Shown: piece by piece, positions 27,343-36,527 of the stretch
How the letters are laid out: each line of letters begins with the position of its first letter
Numbering within the stretch: the first letter of the stretch is position 1
From: a virus
Reading direction: 5' to 3' (one strand)
Length of the DNA stretch: 64,000 bases
Virus record (IMG/VR): IMGVR_UViG_3300027920_000904
Translations under genes and position numbers: made by a program
Notes under the pieces: generated by a model
Database searches by the model: none
What the model was told of the DNA's origin: nothing
What the model saw: the letters and a program-made list of their open reading frames with translations, nothing else

Positions 27343-29094
27343 ATGACCGCCCAGATCCTGCTCGCCGCAGACTTCGGTCTGCCGGCGAGAGCCGTGACCG
27401 AATCCCTGGCGGTCCTCGGCCGCAAGGGTGGGGGCAAGACGAACACCGGGGGGGTGCTCTTCGAGCAGATGCACACGATCGGCGCGCAGTGCGTGGCGCT
27501 CGATCCGGTGGGCAACTGGTGGGGGCTTCGGCTCTCCGCCAGCGGCAAGCGCAAGGGGCTCGACATCCCCGTCTTCGGCGGCGCGCACGGCGACAAGCCG
27601 ATCACGCCGACGTCGGGGCGCTTGCTGGCCCAGCTGGTGGTCGACCGCAAGGTGAGCTGCGTGATCGACCTGATGACCTTCAAGCCGGAGCAGCGGCGGT
27701 TGTTCGCCGCTGACTTCGCCGAGGAGCTGTTCGAGCTCAAGAAGACCCGCCGCACGCCGCTCCATCTCTTCGTGGAGGAGGCGCGCAAGTTCATCCCGCA
27801 GGTCTCGAAGAGCAAGCTCGACCTGCGGATGGCGGACGCGTTCGACGACATCGTGCGTCTGGGCCGCAACTACGGTCTGGGCGTGTCGCTGCTCGATCAG
27901 CGGCCGCAGAGCGTGAACAAGGAGGTGCTGTCGCAAACCGAGATCCTCATCGTCCACCAGCTCACCGAGACCCACGGTCGCAAGGCGATCGAGGACTGGG
28001 TCCGCTCCAAGTCCACCAAGGGGGCCGAGCAGCTCGCCGATCTCGACCAGCTCGAGGTGGGCGAGGCCTTCGTCTGGAGCCCCGGGCTGCTACGCACCTT
28101 CGCCAGGGTCCGGGTCCAGAAGAAGCAGACCTACGACGCCTCGGCCACGCCCGAGCTCGGCGGCGGGCAGGAGGACATCGCGCCGCGGCCGCTGAGCCAA
28201 GCCGACCTCGACCGCCTCGAGGAGGCGATGAAGACGGTCGTCGACGAGGCGGCGGCGACGGACCCGACGAAGCTGCGCCAGGAGGTGCAACGACTGCGCG
28301 CCAAGGTCGCCGAACTCGAGGCGCGCCCAGCGCCGGCGCCGGCGGCGCCGCAGGAAGTGCGCCAGGTGCCTGTGCCGGTCATCGACAAGGACACGGTCAA
28401 CCGCCTGGAATGGCTTGTGAAACAGGTTGTTGGCGGCTTGGCGCCGATCGGCGAGCGGGTCACCGAGATGGGGCAGCACCTGGCCAACATCGGGTTGGCG
28501 GCGGCGTGCGCCACCGCGACCTCAAGCCGGCCAACGTCACCCGCGCCAGCGCGCCGACCGCTGTCGGTGCCGGCACCCCGGCCCGCGCTGGCGGCGCCGA
28601 TGGATCAGGACCAGCGCCTGGGCGGCCCGGAGAGGCGCATCCTCGAGTCCCTGGCCTGGCTGGCGTCCATCGGCATCCACGAGGCCGACGTGACCACCTG
28701 CGCCTTCCTGGCCGGCTACAAGGTCGGCGGCGCCTTCAACAACGCCCGCGGCCGGCTGCGGAGCTTCGGTCACGTCGACTACCCCACCAACGGCACGATG
28801 AAGCTGACCGAGCACGGCCGCGCGGCCGCGCCGGTGATCACCGCGCCGCTCACCACCAAGGAGTTGCAGGAGCACGTGATGGCACGGCTGGATGGGCCGC
28901 AGCGGCGCATCTTGACCCCGCTGATCGCGGCCTACCCGGAGAGCATGACGACGCCCGAGCTCGCGGCCGCGGCCGGGTACGAGATCGGCGGCGCGTTCAA
29001 CAACGCCCGCGGCCGGCTGCGGTCGATCGGGCTGGTCGACTACCCAACGACGGGGACGGTTCGAGCGGAGGACCGTCTCTTCCTGAAGAGGTGA
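27343..29094 (+). CDS. HerA/FtsK-like (DUF87-type) ATPase with two C-terminal wHTH repeats
   Basis: GRKGGGKT, LFVEEA, RLGRNYG..DQRP; duplicated GY.xGGAFNNARGRLRS.G.VDYPT. Confidence 0.8.
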   Translation: MTAQILLAADFGLPARAVTESLAVLGRKGGGKTNTGGVLFEQMHTIGAQCVALDPVGNWWGLRLSASGKRKGLDIPVFGGAHGDKPITPTSGRLLAQLVVDRKVSCVIDLMTFKPEQRRLFAADFAEELFELKKTRRTPLHLFVEEARKFIPQVSKSKLDLRMADAFDDIVRLGRNYGLGVSLLDQRPQSVNKEVLSQTEILIVHQLTETHGRKAIEDWVRSKSTKGAEQLADLDQLEVGEAFVWSPGLLRTFARVRVQKKQTYDASATPELGGGQEDIAPRPLSQADLDRLEEAMKTVVDEAAATDPTKLRQEVQRLRAKVAELEARPAPAPAAPQEVRQVPVPVIDKDTVNRLEWLVKQVVGGLAPIGERVTEMGQHLANIGLAAACATATSSRPTSPAPARRPLSVPAPRPALAAPMDQDQRLGGPERRILESLAWLASIGIHEADVTTCAFLAGYKVGGAFNNARGRLRSFGHVDYPTNGTMKLTEHGRAAAPVITAPLTTKELQEHVMARLDGPQRRILTPLIAAYPESMTTPELAAAAGYEIGGAFNNARGRLRSIGLVDYPTTGTVRAEDRLFLKR

Positions 29095-29096
29095 CG

Positions 29097-29702
29097 ATGA
29101 AGTTCCAGGAGATCGAGGCGTTCCTACGGGAGCGCGACATGCTCGACGTGCTCAAGAGCCTGTTCGACGCGGTCGAGAAGGAGGAGGCCTTCCTCGCCGA
29201 GCTCAAGCAGCGCCGGTACGACCCGGCGATGAAGGAGGAGGCGCAGGACCTCTACGCCGAGGACATCACGCGGGCGATGGTCGACGGCTCGTACCTCAAC
29301 CCGAGGAGCGTGCTGTCGCACCGCGATCGCTACATGACGGCGTGGGCGATCGCGCAGATCATGGCGCAGAAGCAGCGCGCGGAGGAGGGTGACGACGAGG
29401 AGAAGGACGCGTCGCAGACGCTGCTCGAGCTGCGCGACGCGAACACCAACCTCGCGATGCAGACCGTCGGGGCCATGATGAAGCTCGACGAGAAGGACGG
29501 CCAGCTCGAGGAGGCGCGCGCGGACAAGGCCATCCTGGTGAAGAACCTCTGCTGGATGGCGGAGCGAGTGCACCAAGGACATCACCTGGAGCACAGCAGG
29601 GGCTGGCGCGAGTGCACCCAGGGCGTGTGCGGCTCGATGGAGCACATGCTCGCCCAGGTCGGCCTCGACAAGAACCTCAACAAGATCAAGCGGAGGCCGT
29701 GA
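29097..29702 (+). CDS. hypothetical coiled-coil protein
   Basis: GAGG SD; codon bias. Confidence 0.7.
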   Translation: MKFQEIEAFLRERDMLDVLKSLFDAVEKEEAFLAELKQRRYDPAMKEEAQDLYAEDITRAMVDGSYLNPRSVLSHRDRYMTAWAIAQIMAQKQRAEEGDDEEKDASQTLLELRDANTNLAMQTVGAMMKLDEKDGQLEEARADKAILVKNLCWMAERVHQGHHLEHSRGWRECTQGVCGSMEHMLAQVGLDKNLNKIKRRP

Positions 29703-31108
29703 TGGACATCGAAGCTCAGATGAAGGAGCGCCTCGCCGGCTACGTCGGCTTCCTGCGCCAGCTCGCCACGAAGGAGGGGACCACCGACCTCGACGGCGAG
29801 CAGCTGCAGCGTCTCGCCGAGTTCCTGACGCCGGAGGTGGCGGACGAGGTCGACGAGAACGCGGTGGGGCTCAACCGCTGGTCGATGCGCGACTGGGCGC
29901 GGCGGCCGCGTCAGACCGGGATGGAGCAGCAGAACGAGAAGGTGGTGCTCGCGCTGCTGAACCTGTTCTCGGCGCTCGAGATCCCGTTCTACATCCGCGA
30001 CAAGCGCGGGGAGAAGACCGGGCGGGAGTACTCGACGCCGGACCGGCTCGAGATGCTCAAGCAGAAGTTCGCCGAGATCGGCTCGAAGGCCGCTGCCTAC
30101 GAGAAGGAACTCGACAGAACGAACCAGCGGCTCGACGCCTACGAGATCGCGCTGCGCGCCGCCCTCAACGAGCTGCGCGAGAACGCACACCACGAGCAGG
30201 CCGCGGCCCGGGTCAAGGTCATCCTCGAGAACATCGTGCACGACCCGACGTCGAGCGTGCGGATCTCCGAGCCGGACGATCGCGGCGTGCGCCACGTGGC
30301 GCTCGACGCGCGCGAGGTGATGTTGCGCCTGTGCTTCCAGCGCATCGTGCACGACCTCGCGCCCGACGAGCGGATCTGCAAGCAGTGCCTGGGCCTCGGC
30401 ATCTTCAAGGTCTCGGCGCCGTACGGGATGGGCAAGCAGAAGCCGAACGAAGAAGCCTTCCCCTTCCAGCACCAGTGGCTGTCGCCGTGCCACCACTGCT
30501 ACATGGGCAAGGTGCGGGTCTGCTCGCACTGCAAGGAGGACCTGCCGCGCTCGCGTACGCGGTGCGAGTGCAAGGCCGCGCAGGCCGAGCGGATGGCGGA
30601 GGAGGCGCAGAAGGAGGAGGAGCGGCGCACGACGGTGCCGAGGATCGCGCTCGCCGACTACACGCACCCGATGGTGTGGTGCGACGAGACGGACAAGTTC
30701 ATCCAGGTCGACTACCTCGAGGACCACCTCGAGGAGCACCCGGACGCGGTCTTCTTCGCCTGCGAGCCGACCGAGCCGCTCACCAAGCCGGACGCCGAGG
30801 ACGTGATCGAGACACTGCAGAACCGCGCGACCGAGGAGGCGAGCCCGGAGGACGGGGAGGACGTCCTCGACTTCAGCAAGGAGGCCACGGCCGAGCTCGA
30901 CACCTTCCTCGAGGAGTGGTCGAAGAAGCACGTCGTGGCTCGGACCCTGTACTACCCCGACATGAACCTGATCGTGGAGGTCCCTCGTGGAGATGCAGCT
31001 GACGCCGTGCCCGATGTGCGGGCTGATGATGGAGCCGGGGAAGGAGCACCCGCCGGAGCCGACGATCTGCCTGGCGGAGATGCGCCGGGCAATGACGCGC
31101 CAGCGTGA
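29702..31108 (+). CDS. hypothetical multidomain protein (coiled coil, CxxC fingers, acidic C-terminal domain)
   Basis: CKQC, CHHC, CSHC, CEC; GGAGG SD. Confidence 0.75.
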   Translation: MDIEAQMKERLAGYVGFLRQLATKEGTTDLDGEQLQRLAEFLTPEVADEVDENAVGLNRWSMRDWARRPRQTGMEQQNEKVVLALLNLFSALEIPFYIRDKRGEKTGREYSTPDRLEMLKQKFAEIGSKAAAYEKELDRTNQRLDAYEIALRAALNELRENAHHEQAAARVKVILENIVHDPTSSVRISEPDDRGVRHVALDAREVMLRLCFQRIVHDLAPDERICKQCLGLGIFKVSAPYGMGKQKPNEEAFPFQHQWLSPCHHCYMGKVRVCSHCKEDLPRSRTRCECKAAQAERMAEEAQKEEERRTTVPRIALADYTHPMVWCDETDKFIQVDYLEDHLEEHPDAVFFACEPTEPLTKPDAEDVIETLQNRATEEASPEDGEDVLDFSKEATAELDTFLEEWSKKHVVARTLYYPDMNLIVEVPRGDAADAVPDVRADDGAGEGAPAGADDLPGGDAPGNDAPA

Positions 31109-31373
31109 GCTGGCGACGTCGCTGGGGATGGAGATCTCCATCCGCTTCCTGTCGGTCCTCGAGGACCTGGTGAAGGACCCGAGTGTCGGGATCGCCTACA
31201 AGGTTCGGGAGGGCGGCGAGCTCAAGGTCTTGCCGGCGAACCTCGTCTCGGGTCTCTTCTCGGCGATCCTGATGCGGTACCAGGCGAAGTGCGACTGGAC
31301 CCCGCTCGCGGATGCGCGCGCGCGGATCCAGCAGCTCGAGCGCGAGCTCGCCGAGCTCTCAGGCGGCGCGTAG
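30987..31373 (+). CDS. hypothetical protein
   Basis: GGAGG SD; CPMCG; overlaps the upstream gene's tail. Confidence 0.6.
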   Translation: MEMQLTPCPMCGLMMEPGKEHPPEPTICLAEMRRAMTRQRELATSLGMEISIRFLSVLEDLVKDPSVGIAYKVREGGELKVLPANLVSGLFSAILMRYQAKCDWTPLADARARIQQLERELAELSGGA

Positions 31374-31955
31374 CTCTTCGACCCGGTCCTTCCGGTTCGT
31401 GATCTCGCCGGCGTTGATCTTGCGCTGGGTCTCCATGGCCCACGCGTAGGCCTTCTTCCGGCGCCACATGAACAGGTAGGCGCTGCCGCCGAAGATCTCG
31501 GCGATCCATGCGGCGTTGCGTTCCATCCGCTCCTCCGAGAGCTTGCCGTGCAACTCGAACTGCACGAGCAGGGTCTCGGTGTAGCCTGCGCGCTCGAAGC
31601 GCGCGCGCAAGGTTACCACCGCGGGTAGCACGAGCAGGTAGGCGATCGCCATGAGGACGTGGTTCGCCGGCCAGGCCCACCGGCCGAGGGGCCACCGGTG
31701 GAACTGCTCGATGTGCTTCTTCTCGTGGCGCAGCGTGCCGTACTTGCTGTCGTTGCTCGCGGTGTCCCAGTCGTCGCCGACGTACATCGTCGACCCGATC
31801 GTGGTGGTGAACGAGCCGAAGCTGCGCTGGGTCACCTTCTCGAGCAGCCAGAAGATCGGTCGGAGCCACGACTTGCTCCGCCGGCGGATCTTGAAGCGCG
31901 GGAACTCCGCGAGGGTCTGCTTGCGAAGCAGCTCGAACCGGTTGATCGACGACAT
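31359..31955 (-). CDS. HExxH zincin-like protein with a membrane segment
   Basis: TTIG..Y...LRHEKKHIEQ...hydrophobic stretch...FERAGY; GGAGG SD. Confidence 0.6.
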   Translation of the reverse strand: MSSINRFELLRKQTLAEFPRFKIRRRSKSWLRPIFWLLEKVTQRSFGSFTTTIGSTMYVGDDWDTASNDSKYGTLRHEKKHIEQFHRWPLGRWAWPANHVLMAIAYLLVLPAVVTLRARFERAGYTETLLVQFELHGKLSEERMERNAAWIAEIFGGSAYLFMWRRKKAYAWAMETQRKINAGEITNRKDRVEELRAA

Positions 31956-31966
31956 CTTGACCTCCA

Positions 31967-32035
31967 GGATCGGGCATGAGAACGCGGACGGCACCCCGGC
32001 AAGAGGCCAGGGTGCCGATCTGTGGTGCCCGATCC
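31967..32035. other. Long intergenic stem-loop
   Basis: ggatcgggca/tgcccgatcc outer stem and cggcaccc/gggtgccg inner stem. Confidence 0.6.
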
Positions 32036-32040
32036 GGAGA

Positions 32041-32442
32041 TCAGGCGATGACGCCGCCGCCGCCGGTGCGGCGCGTCCAGGCGGCGCCGGTCCAGATGAG
32101 CTGGCCGCGGAGGCCCGCGGTCGACAGGGTCAGCGTGGTGCCACCGGTCAGGGCGGTCGGCGTGATGACGACCGTGCCCGCCCCGGTCTTGGTGCGGAAC
32201 ATGTAGGAGATGGTCTCCCCCGCGATCGTCCCGTTGGCCAGGGTCATCGCCATGCCGGCGATGGCGGAGTCGAAGATCGCGAACCCGTCGGTCGGGCTGA
32301 TCGCGCCGGCCGCCGAGTAGACGGTGGTCTTGATCGCGTCCAGGAAGTCGTCGAGGTCGTCGAACTTCGCCTTGATCTCGAGCGCACGCTCGAGCTTGAT
32401 GGGGACGCGGACGGTCTTGAGAGCGAGCTTGGTACGGGCCAT
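32041..32442 (-). CDS. small virion (decoration/fibre-like) protein, paralogue of 32494-33948
   Basis: G/T/A-rich beta protein sharing KAK.DDLDD.LDAI and AGAISP with its neighbour. Confidence 0.65.
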   Translation of the reverse strand: MARTKLALKTVRVPIKLERALEIKAKFDDLDDFLDAIKTTVYSAAGAISPTDGFAIFDSAIAGMAMTLANGTIAGETISYMFRTKTGAGTVVITPTALTGGTTLTLSTAGLRGQLIWTGAAWTRRTGGGGVIA

Positions 32443-32493
32443 GGTGATCTCCTCAGGAGGTTCATGGTAGGGCTGGGTGCCCTACGCCCTGGT

Positions 32494-33948
32494 TCAGGCG
32501 ACGAAGTCGACGGAGGTGATGGTCTTGTAGGCGAGCTGGTAGAGGATGACCGGCAGGGTGCCGTCGGTGGTGAAGTCGATCTCGGTCTCCGCCGCGGCGT
32601 TGGGCTGGCTGGTCGCCAGCTGGATCGCATCGGCGCCCAGGCCGCCGTTCACGATCGCGTAGTAGGTCGTCAGTGCGGCGAGGCCGGTGGGCAGGACACC
32701 GCCGTCGCCGACCGCCAGCCGGACCGGAGCCTCGTCCGGGATGGCGTGGCCCGTGATGCCGACCTCGTCCGACGCGTTGTCGAAGAGTTCGACGTCGAGC
32801 ACGCGGCTGAGCGTGATCGTGCCGGCGCCGGCGCTGGTGATGGTGATCGGGGTGCCCTCGTTGGCGTCGACCTCGCTCTCCGCGAGCTGGAACCGCCCCG
32901 CCGAGACGGCGATGGCCCAGTACGGGGTGAGTGCGGCGAAGCCGCCGGGGATCGTGACGGTGGAGGCGATGTAGAAGGGGCCGTCGCCGGTGTTGAGGCC
33001 GTGCGCGGCGAGGACGAACTCACCGCCGGTGATGCTGAGCCCGGTGCCCTTGGCCGCCCACCCGGTGGCCGTCCAGATGAGGACGCCGCGGTCGGCGGTG
33101 TTGTCGAGATCGAGGTAGGTGCCGCCCTCCATCGTCGTCGGCGTGATGCGCACCGAGGTGACGATCGAGTGGAAGTCGGCCACGGTGCGGCGCAGCTCCA
33201 TCGTGCCCGTGCCGTTGCCGGTCAGGTTGATCTGCGTCCCCGCCTCGGAGTCCTCGAGCGTCTCGGCGAGCTGGATGTTGTCGGTGTCGACCGGGATCAC
33301 GTAGTAGGTGGTGCCGTTCGCCAGCCCGGTCGGGGCCACGCCGCCGGCGACGGTGAAGACGACCTCGTCACCGGTGCCCAGGCCGTGGTCGGTGATCTCG
33401 AGGCTGTCGCTGCCGTGCGTGACCGATTCCACGGCATAAGGCTGGATGAGGTACAGCGTCCCCGATCCCTCGCTGGTGATGTCGACCGCGACGCCGGCGG
33501 TGGCGTTCGCCTCGCTCAGGGCGAGCTTCACCTGGTACTCGTTCTCCTCGATGATCCAGTACTGCCGGCTGGGGCTGATCCCGCCGGGCAGGTCGTTCTG
33601 GTCGGAGAAGATGTAGAACGGCCCGTCGCCGGTCGAGAGGCCGTGCAGGTCGTAGCTCAGGAGATCGTTCTCCGGGTCGACCGCGGGGATGGTGAGGCGG
33701 TTGCGGAGCTTGAACACGATCCGCTCGCCGACGGTCGCGCCATCGGCCAGGGTCATGGCCTGGCGCGGGACGTTCGAGTCGATGAGCGCGAGACCGATGC
33801 TCGGGCTGATCGCGCCGGCCTCGTCGTACTCGACGGTGCCGATCGCATCGAGGTAGTCGTCGAGGTCGTCGAGCTTCGCCTTGAGGGCGGCGGCGTTGAG
33901 ACCTGCGACGGGGGAGCGGACCTGACGGACGGTGAGCTTGGTGCGCAT
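32494..33948 (-). CDS. virion surface protein with four HGLxTGD (FCCH-like) beta-domain repeats
   Basis: Four copies of HG(L)xTGD..P.GL...YY/YW.I...QLA..A..GT.I.IT..G. Confidence 0.7.
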   Translation of the reverse strand: MRTKLTVRQVRSPVAGLNAAALKAKLDDLDDYLDAIGTVEYDEAGAISPSIGLALIDSNVPRQAMTLADGATVGERIVFKLRNRLTIPAVDPENDLLSYDLHGLSTGDGPFYIFSDQNDLPGGISPSRQYWIIEENEYQVKLALSEANATAGVAVDITSEGSGTLYLIQPYAVESVTHGSDSLEITDHGLGTGDEVVFTVAGGVAPTGLANGTTYYVIPVDTDNIQLAETLEDSEAGTQINLTGNGTGTMELRRTVADFHSIVTSVRITPTTMEGGTYLDLDNTADRGVLIWTATGWAAKGTGLSITGGEFVLAAHGLNTGDGPFYIASTVTIPGGFAALTPYWAIAVSAGRFQLAESEVDANEGTPITITSAGAGTITLSRVLDVELFDNASDEVGITGHAIPDEAPVRLAVGDGGVLPTGLAALTTYYAIVNGGLGADAIQLATSQPNAAAETEIDFTTDGTLPVILYQLAYKTITSVDFVA

Positions 33949-33968
33949 GGTGACCTTTCAATGTCCAC

Positions 33969-34028
33969 GCGACGGATGATCCGTCGCACCAATCCCGCAA
34001 GTATCGGCGGAGACTTGGCTTACGTCAA
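33969..34028 (-). promoter_or_regulatory. sigma70-like promoter with downstream palindrome
   Basis: Minus-strand TTGACG-17-GATACT; perfect gcgacggat-g-atccgtcgc at 33969-33987. Confidence 0.6.
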
Positions 34029-34046
34029 TCGTAGCTGGAGGGTGAG

Positions 34047-34391
34047 ATGTACAGGGCCGAAGCCTTCCGAATGGGGCAGCAGAAGCTGCGGGAGGCGTCC
34101 CAGTGGTGGGACGCCTGGAACGCATCGATCCACAAGTACCGCTGCTGGGCGATGCTGTTCGTCTCCCGACAGTGGGCGTTGCACACGATCGATCAAGCGA
34201 TCGGACGATCGGAGGTGGTGGCGCATGCCACGAATCTGATCAACGCGCGGAACGCGGCCCACGACTTCATGCTGGTGGCGATCGAGAGCGCCCGCTCGCA
34301 GGAGGCATGCGCGCGCTCGTGCGAGTTCATGGCGCAGGTCTACTTCGAGCAGGCCGAGGGCCGGATGGGAGGAGGCGAGGATGGTGGGTAA
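34047..34391 (+). CDS. hypothetical protein
   Basis: GGAGG SD. Confidence 0.6.
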   Translation: MYRAEAFRMGQQKLREASQWWDAWNASIHKYRCWAMLFVSRQWALHTIDQAIGRSEVVAHATNLINARNAAHDFMLVAIESARSQEACARSCEFMAQVYFEQAEGRMGGGEDGG

Positions 34392-35268
34392 CCACGAGTG
34401 CTGGGACATGGTGTGGAACCCGGTGCGTGGGTGCACGCCGGTCTCGGAGGGTTGCAAGAACTGCACGGCCGCCCGACTGGCGGCACATCTCTCGCTGCAG
34501 GAGAAGGAGTACGACGGGCTGGTGCGCTGGAGCGACGGCCTCCAGCCGGAGTGGACCGGCTACGTGCGCGAGAACCCGCATGCGCTGATGGAGCCGCTGG
34601 TCTGGTCGCGGCCGATGAGCGTGCTCGTCGGGAGCATGTCGGATCTGTTCCACCCCGCGGTGAGCGACGACTTCATCAGCGACGTGTTTCTCACGATGAT
34701 GACGAACGAGCCCCACACCTTCAACGTCGTCACGAAGTACGCGTTGCGGATGGATCAGTGGTTCGGATCCTTCTCGGCGTGGCAGGTGATCGACGCGACC
34801 GAGAAGTGCGGGCGCGAGTGGCCCCTGCCCAACATCCGCATCGGCATCAGCGCCGAAGACCAGGCGACGCTGGACGAGCGCGGAACGCACCTGGTGAGCG
34901 TTCCGGCGGCCTCCAAGATGGTGGTCCTGGAACCGCTGATCGGCGCCGTGAACCTGGTCGAGGTCGAGTGCCCGGTGATGAACGACCAGCCGTGTCCGCT
35001 CTGCGGCGACGGGTACTCGCTCGGGCACGGCTGCACCAACGGCTACTACAACCTGCTGCGGGAGGGTGTCGACTGGGTCGTAGTCGGATGCGAGACTGGT
35101 CCGCGTTCGCGCACCCGCGTCATGAAGAGCGAATGGGTGCGCGCGATCCGTGACCAGTGCGAAGCGAACAACACCCCCTTCTTCTACAAGCAGGCGAGGG
35201 ATGCGCAGGGCATGCGCATCTCGCTGCCTGCGCTGGATGGACGACAATGGCTGGAGAGACCGACGTGA
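34381..35268 (+). CDS. DUF5131 / phage Gp37-Gp68 family (radical-SAM-like)
   Basis: WNPVRGCTPVSEGCKNC, SMSDLFH, WPLPN, EPLIG, DWVVVGCETGP, PFFYKQ. Confidence 0.88.
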   Translation: MVGNHECWDMVWNPVRGCTPVSEGCKNCTAARLAAHLSLQEKEYDGLVRWSDGLQPEWTGYVRENPHALMEPLVWSRPMSVLVGSMSDLFHPAVSDDFISDVFLTMMTNEPHTFNVVTKYALRMDQWFGSFSAWQVIDATEKCGREWPLPNIRIGISAEDQATLDERGTHLVSVPAASKMVVLEPLIGAVNLVEVECPVMNDQPCPLCGDGYSLGHGCTNGYYNLLREGVDWVVVGCETGPRSRTRVMKSEWVRAIRDQCEANNTPFFYKQARDAQGMRISLPALDGRQWLERPT

Positions 35269-35564
35269 AGGCCGAGCCCGTTCAAGCCCCGACCTCGCCG
35301 GCGCCGGCGCCGGCGCCGCCACCTGACCCCGAACCCGTGCGCCCCATCGCCCCCGAGATCCTCGCGCTGCTCGAGCGCGGGCGGGCGATCCAGGAGCGGA
35401 TGGGCGCCATCCGCACCGAGCTCGGCGAGCTGGTCGACTCGCTCCTGGAGAAGTTCCCCGGCTACAAGAAGCAGATCGCCGACGTGCTCGAGGGCGAGGC
35501 CCAGCGGCTGCTCAAGCTGCACCACGACGAACAGCAGGAGGCTCGGCGCAATGGATCGCGGTAG
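35265..35564 (+). CDS. hypothetical protein
   Basis: GGAG SD; Pro-rich N-terminus. Confidence 0.6.
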   Translation: MKAEPVQAPTSPAPAPAPPPDPEPVRPIAPEILALLERGRAIQERMGAIRTELGELVDSLLEKFPGYKKQIADVLEGEAQRLLKLHHDEQQEARRNGSR

Positions 35565-36183
35565 ATACCTCTGCTTCGAGGGTGGGCATGCCAGCGGCAA
35601 GAGCGCGCTGAGCCTCGAGGTCAACGCCGAGCTCGGTCGCCGCAACCAGCGTGCGACGCACGTGACCTTCCCTTCCGACCGTTCCGACGTCGGGAACCTG
35701 ATCCGCGCGTACCTGAAGGGCGAGGCGGCGATCGCCAGCCCGAAGGCGCTGCTCTACCTGTACGCCGCCGACGGCCATGCCGTGGATCCGTGGATGAACG
35801 AGGTGCTGCACTTCGGGGCGCACGTGGTGGCAGACCGACACCCGGTCTACTCGGGCAGGGTCTACCAGCTCGAGCATCACCCGCAGTGGCACATCGAGAA
35901 CGTCTACGCGACCGCCGAGCTGCTCGTGCCTGACGTCCTCTTCGTGGTCGACGTTCCGCCGGAGGTGGCGATCGAGCGGATGCAGCGGCGGGAGAAGTAC
36001 AAGGCGAAGATCTTCGAGACCTCCGACGTCGAGAAGATGGAGGTCTACCGCCAGCGCTACCTCGAGCTCGCAGCGACGGCGGTGGATCGGCGCCTCGCGC
36101 GCCGGTGCCACGTTCTCGATGGCACGCACCCGATGGGGGACCTGGTTGCCGACGCGATCAGCTTGGCCGGCCCCTTCTACTAG
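35551..36183 (+). CDS. tmk: thymidylate kinase
   Basis: FEGGHASGKS, FP, LYAAD, VVADRH..S..VYQ, PD..FVVDVPPEVAIER. Confidence 0.85.
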   Translation: MDRGRYLCFEGGHASGKSALSLEVNAELGRRNQRATHVTFPSDRSDVGNLIRAYLKGEAAIASPKALLYLYAADGHAVDPWMNEVLHFGAHVVADRHPVYSGRVYQLEHHPQWHIENVYATAELLVPDVLFVVDVPPEVAIERMQRREKYKAKIFETSDVEKMEVYRQRYLELAATAVDRRLARRCHVLDGTHPMGDLVADAISLAGPFY

Positions 36184-36192
36184 GAGATCGAG

Positions 36193-36312
36193 ATGCAGGG
36201 CTACAAGAAGGAGTGGCGGCCGCCACGGTCGCCGCTCACCCCGACCGGCAACGTGGTGGCGATCGCGGTGATCGTGATCGGCCTCCTCGTGCTGCTGTCG
36301 TGGGCGCGTTGA
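36193..36312 (+). CDS. 39-aa single-pass membrane peptide
   Basis: AGGAG SD; VVAIAVIVIGLLVLLSW. Confidence 0.55.
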   Translation: MQGYKKEWRPPRSPLTPTGNVVAIAVIVIGLLVLLSWAR

Positions 36313-36346
36313 CACCCTGACCGGCCGATGGTATCCGTCAACGGAT
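36309..36346 (+). promoter_or_regulatory. sigma70 promoter (leaderless) with overlapping palindrome
   Basis: TTGACA-17-TATCCG with TG extension; atccgt-ca-acggat at 36333-36346. Confidence 0.6.
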
Positions 36347-36527
36347 GCCACGGACCGTCGGATCAACGGACTCTCCCGAGACCATCCGCAACATCCACGT
36401 GGGCGCGCCCGAGGACTTCCACCGCCGACTGAAGGTGGTGTGCGCCAAGCGAGGCGTGAAGCTCAAGGAGTACGTCCTGGCCGCGCTCAAGGAGAAGGTG
36501 GAGCGCGACGAGAAGGCCGACCGATGA
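36345..36527 (+). CDS. ribbon-helix-helix (Arc/ParG-like) regulator
   Basis: RNIHVGAPEDFHRRLKVVCAKRGVKLKEYVLAAL. Confidence 0.75.
   Translation: MPRTVGSTDSPETIRNIHVGAPEDFHRRLKVVCAKRGVKLKEYVLAALKEKVERDEKADR

Noticed and set aside
28720..29060. DNA direct repeat as a mobile-element end or recombination site
   Set aside because: In-frame, with differences concentrated at synonymous positions; explained by a duplicated protein domain
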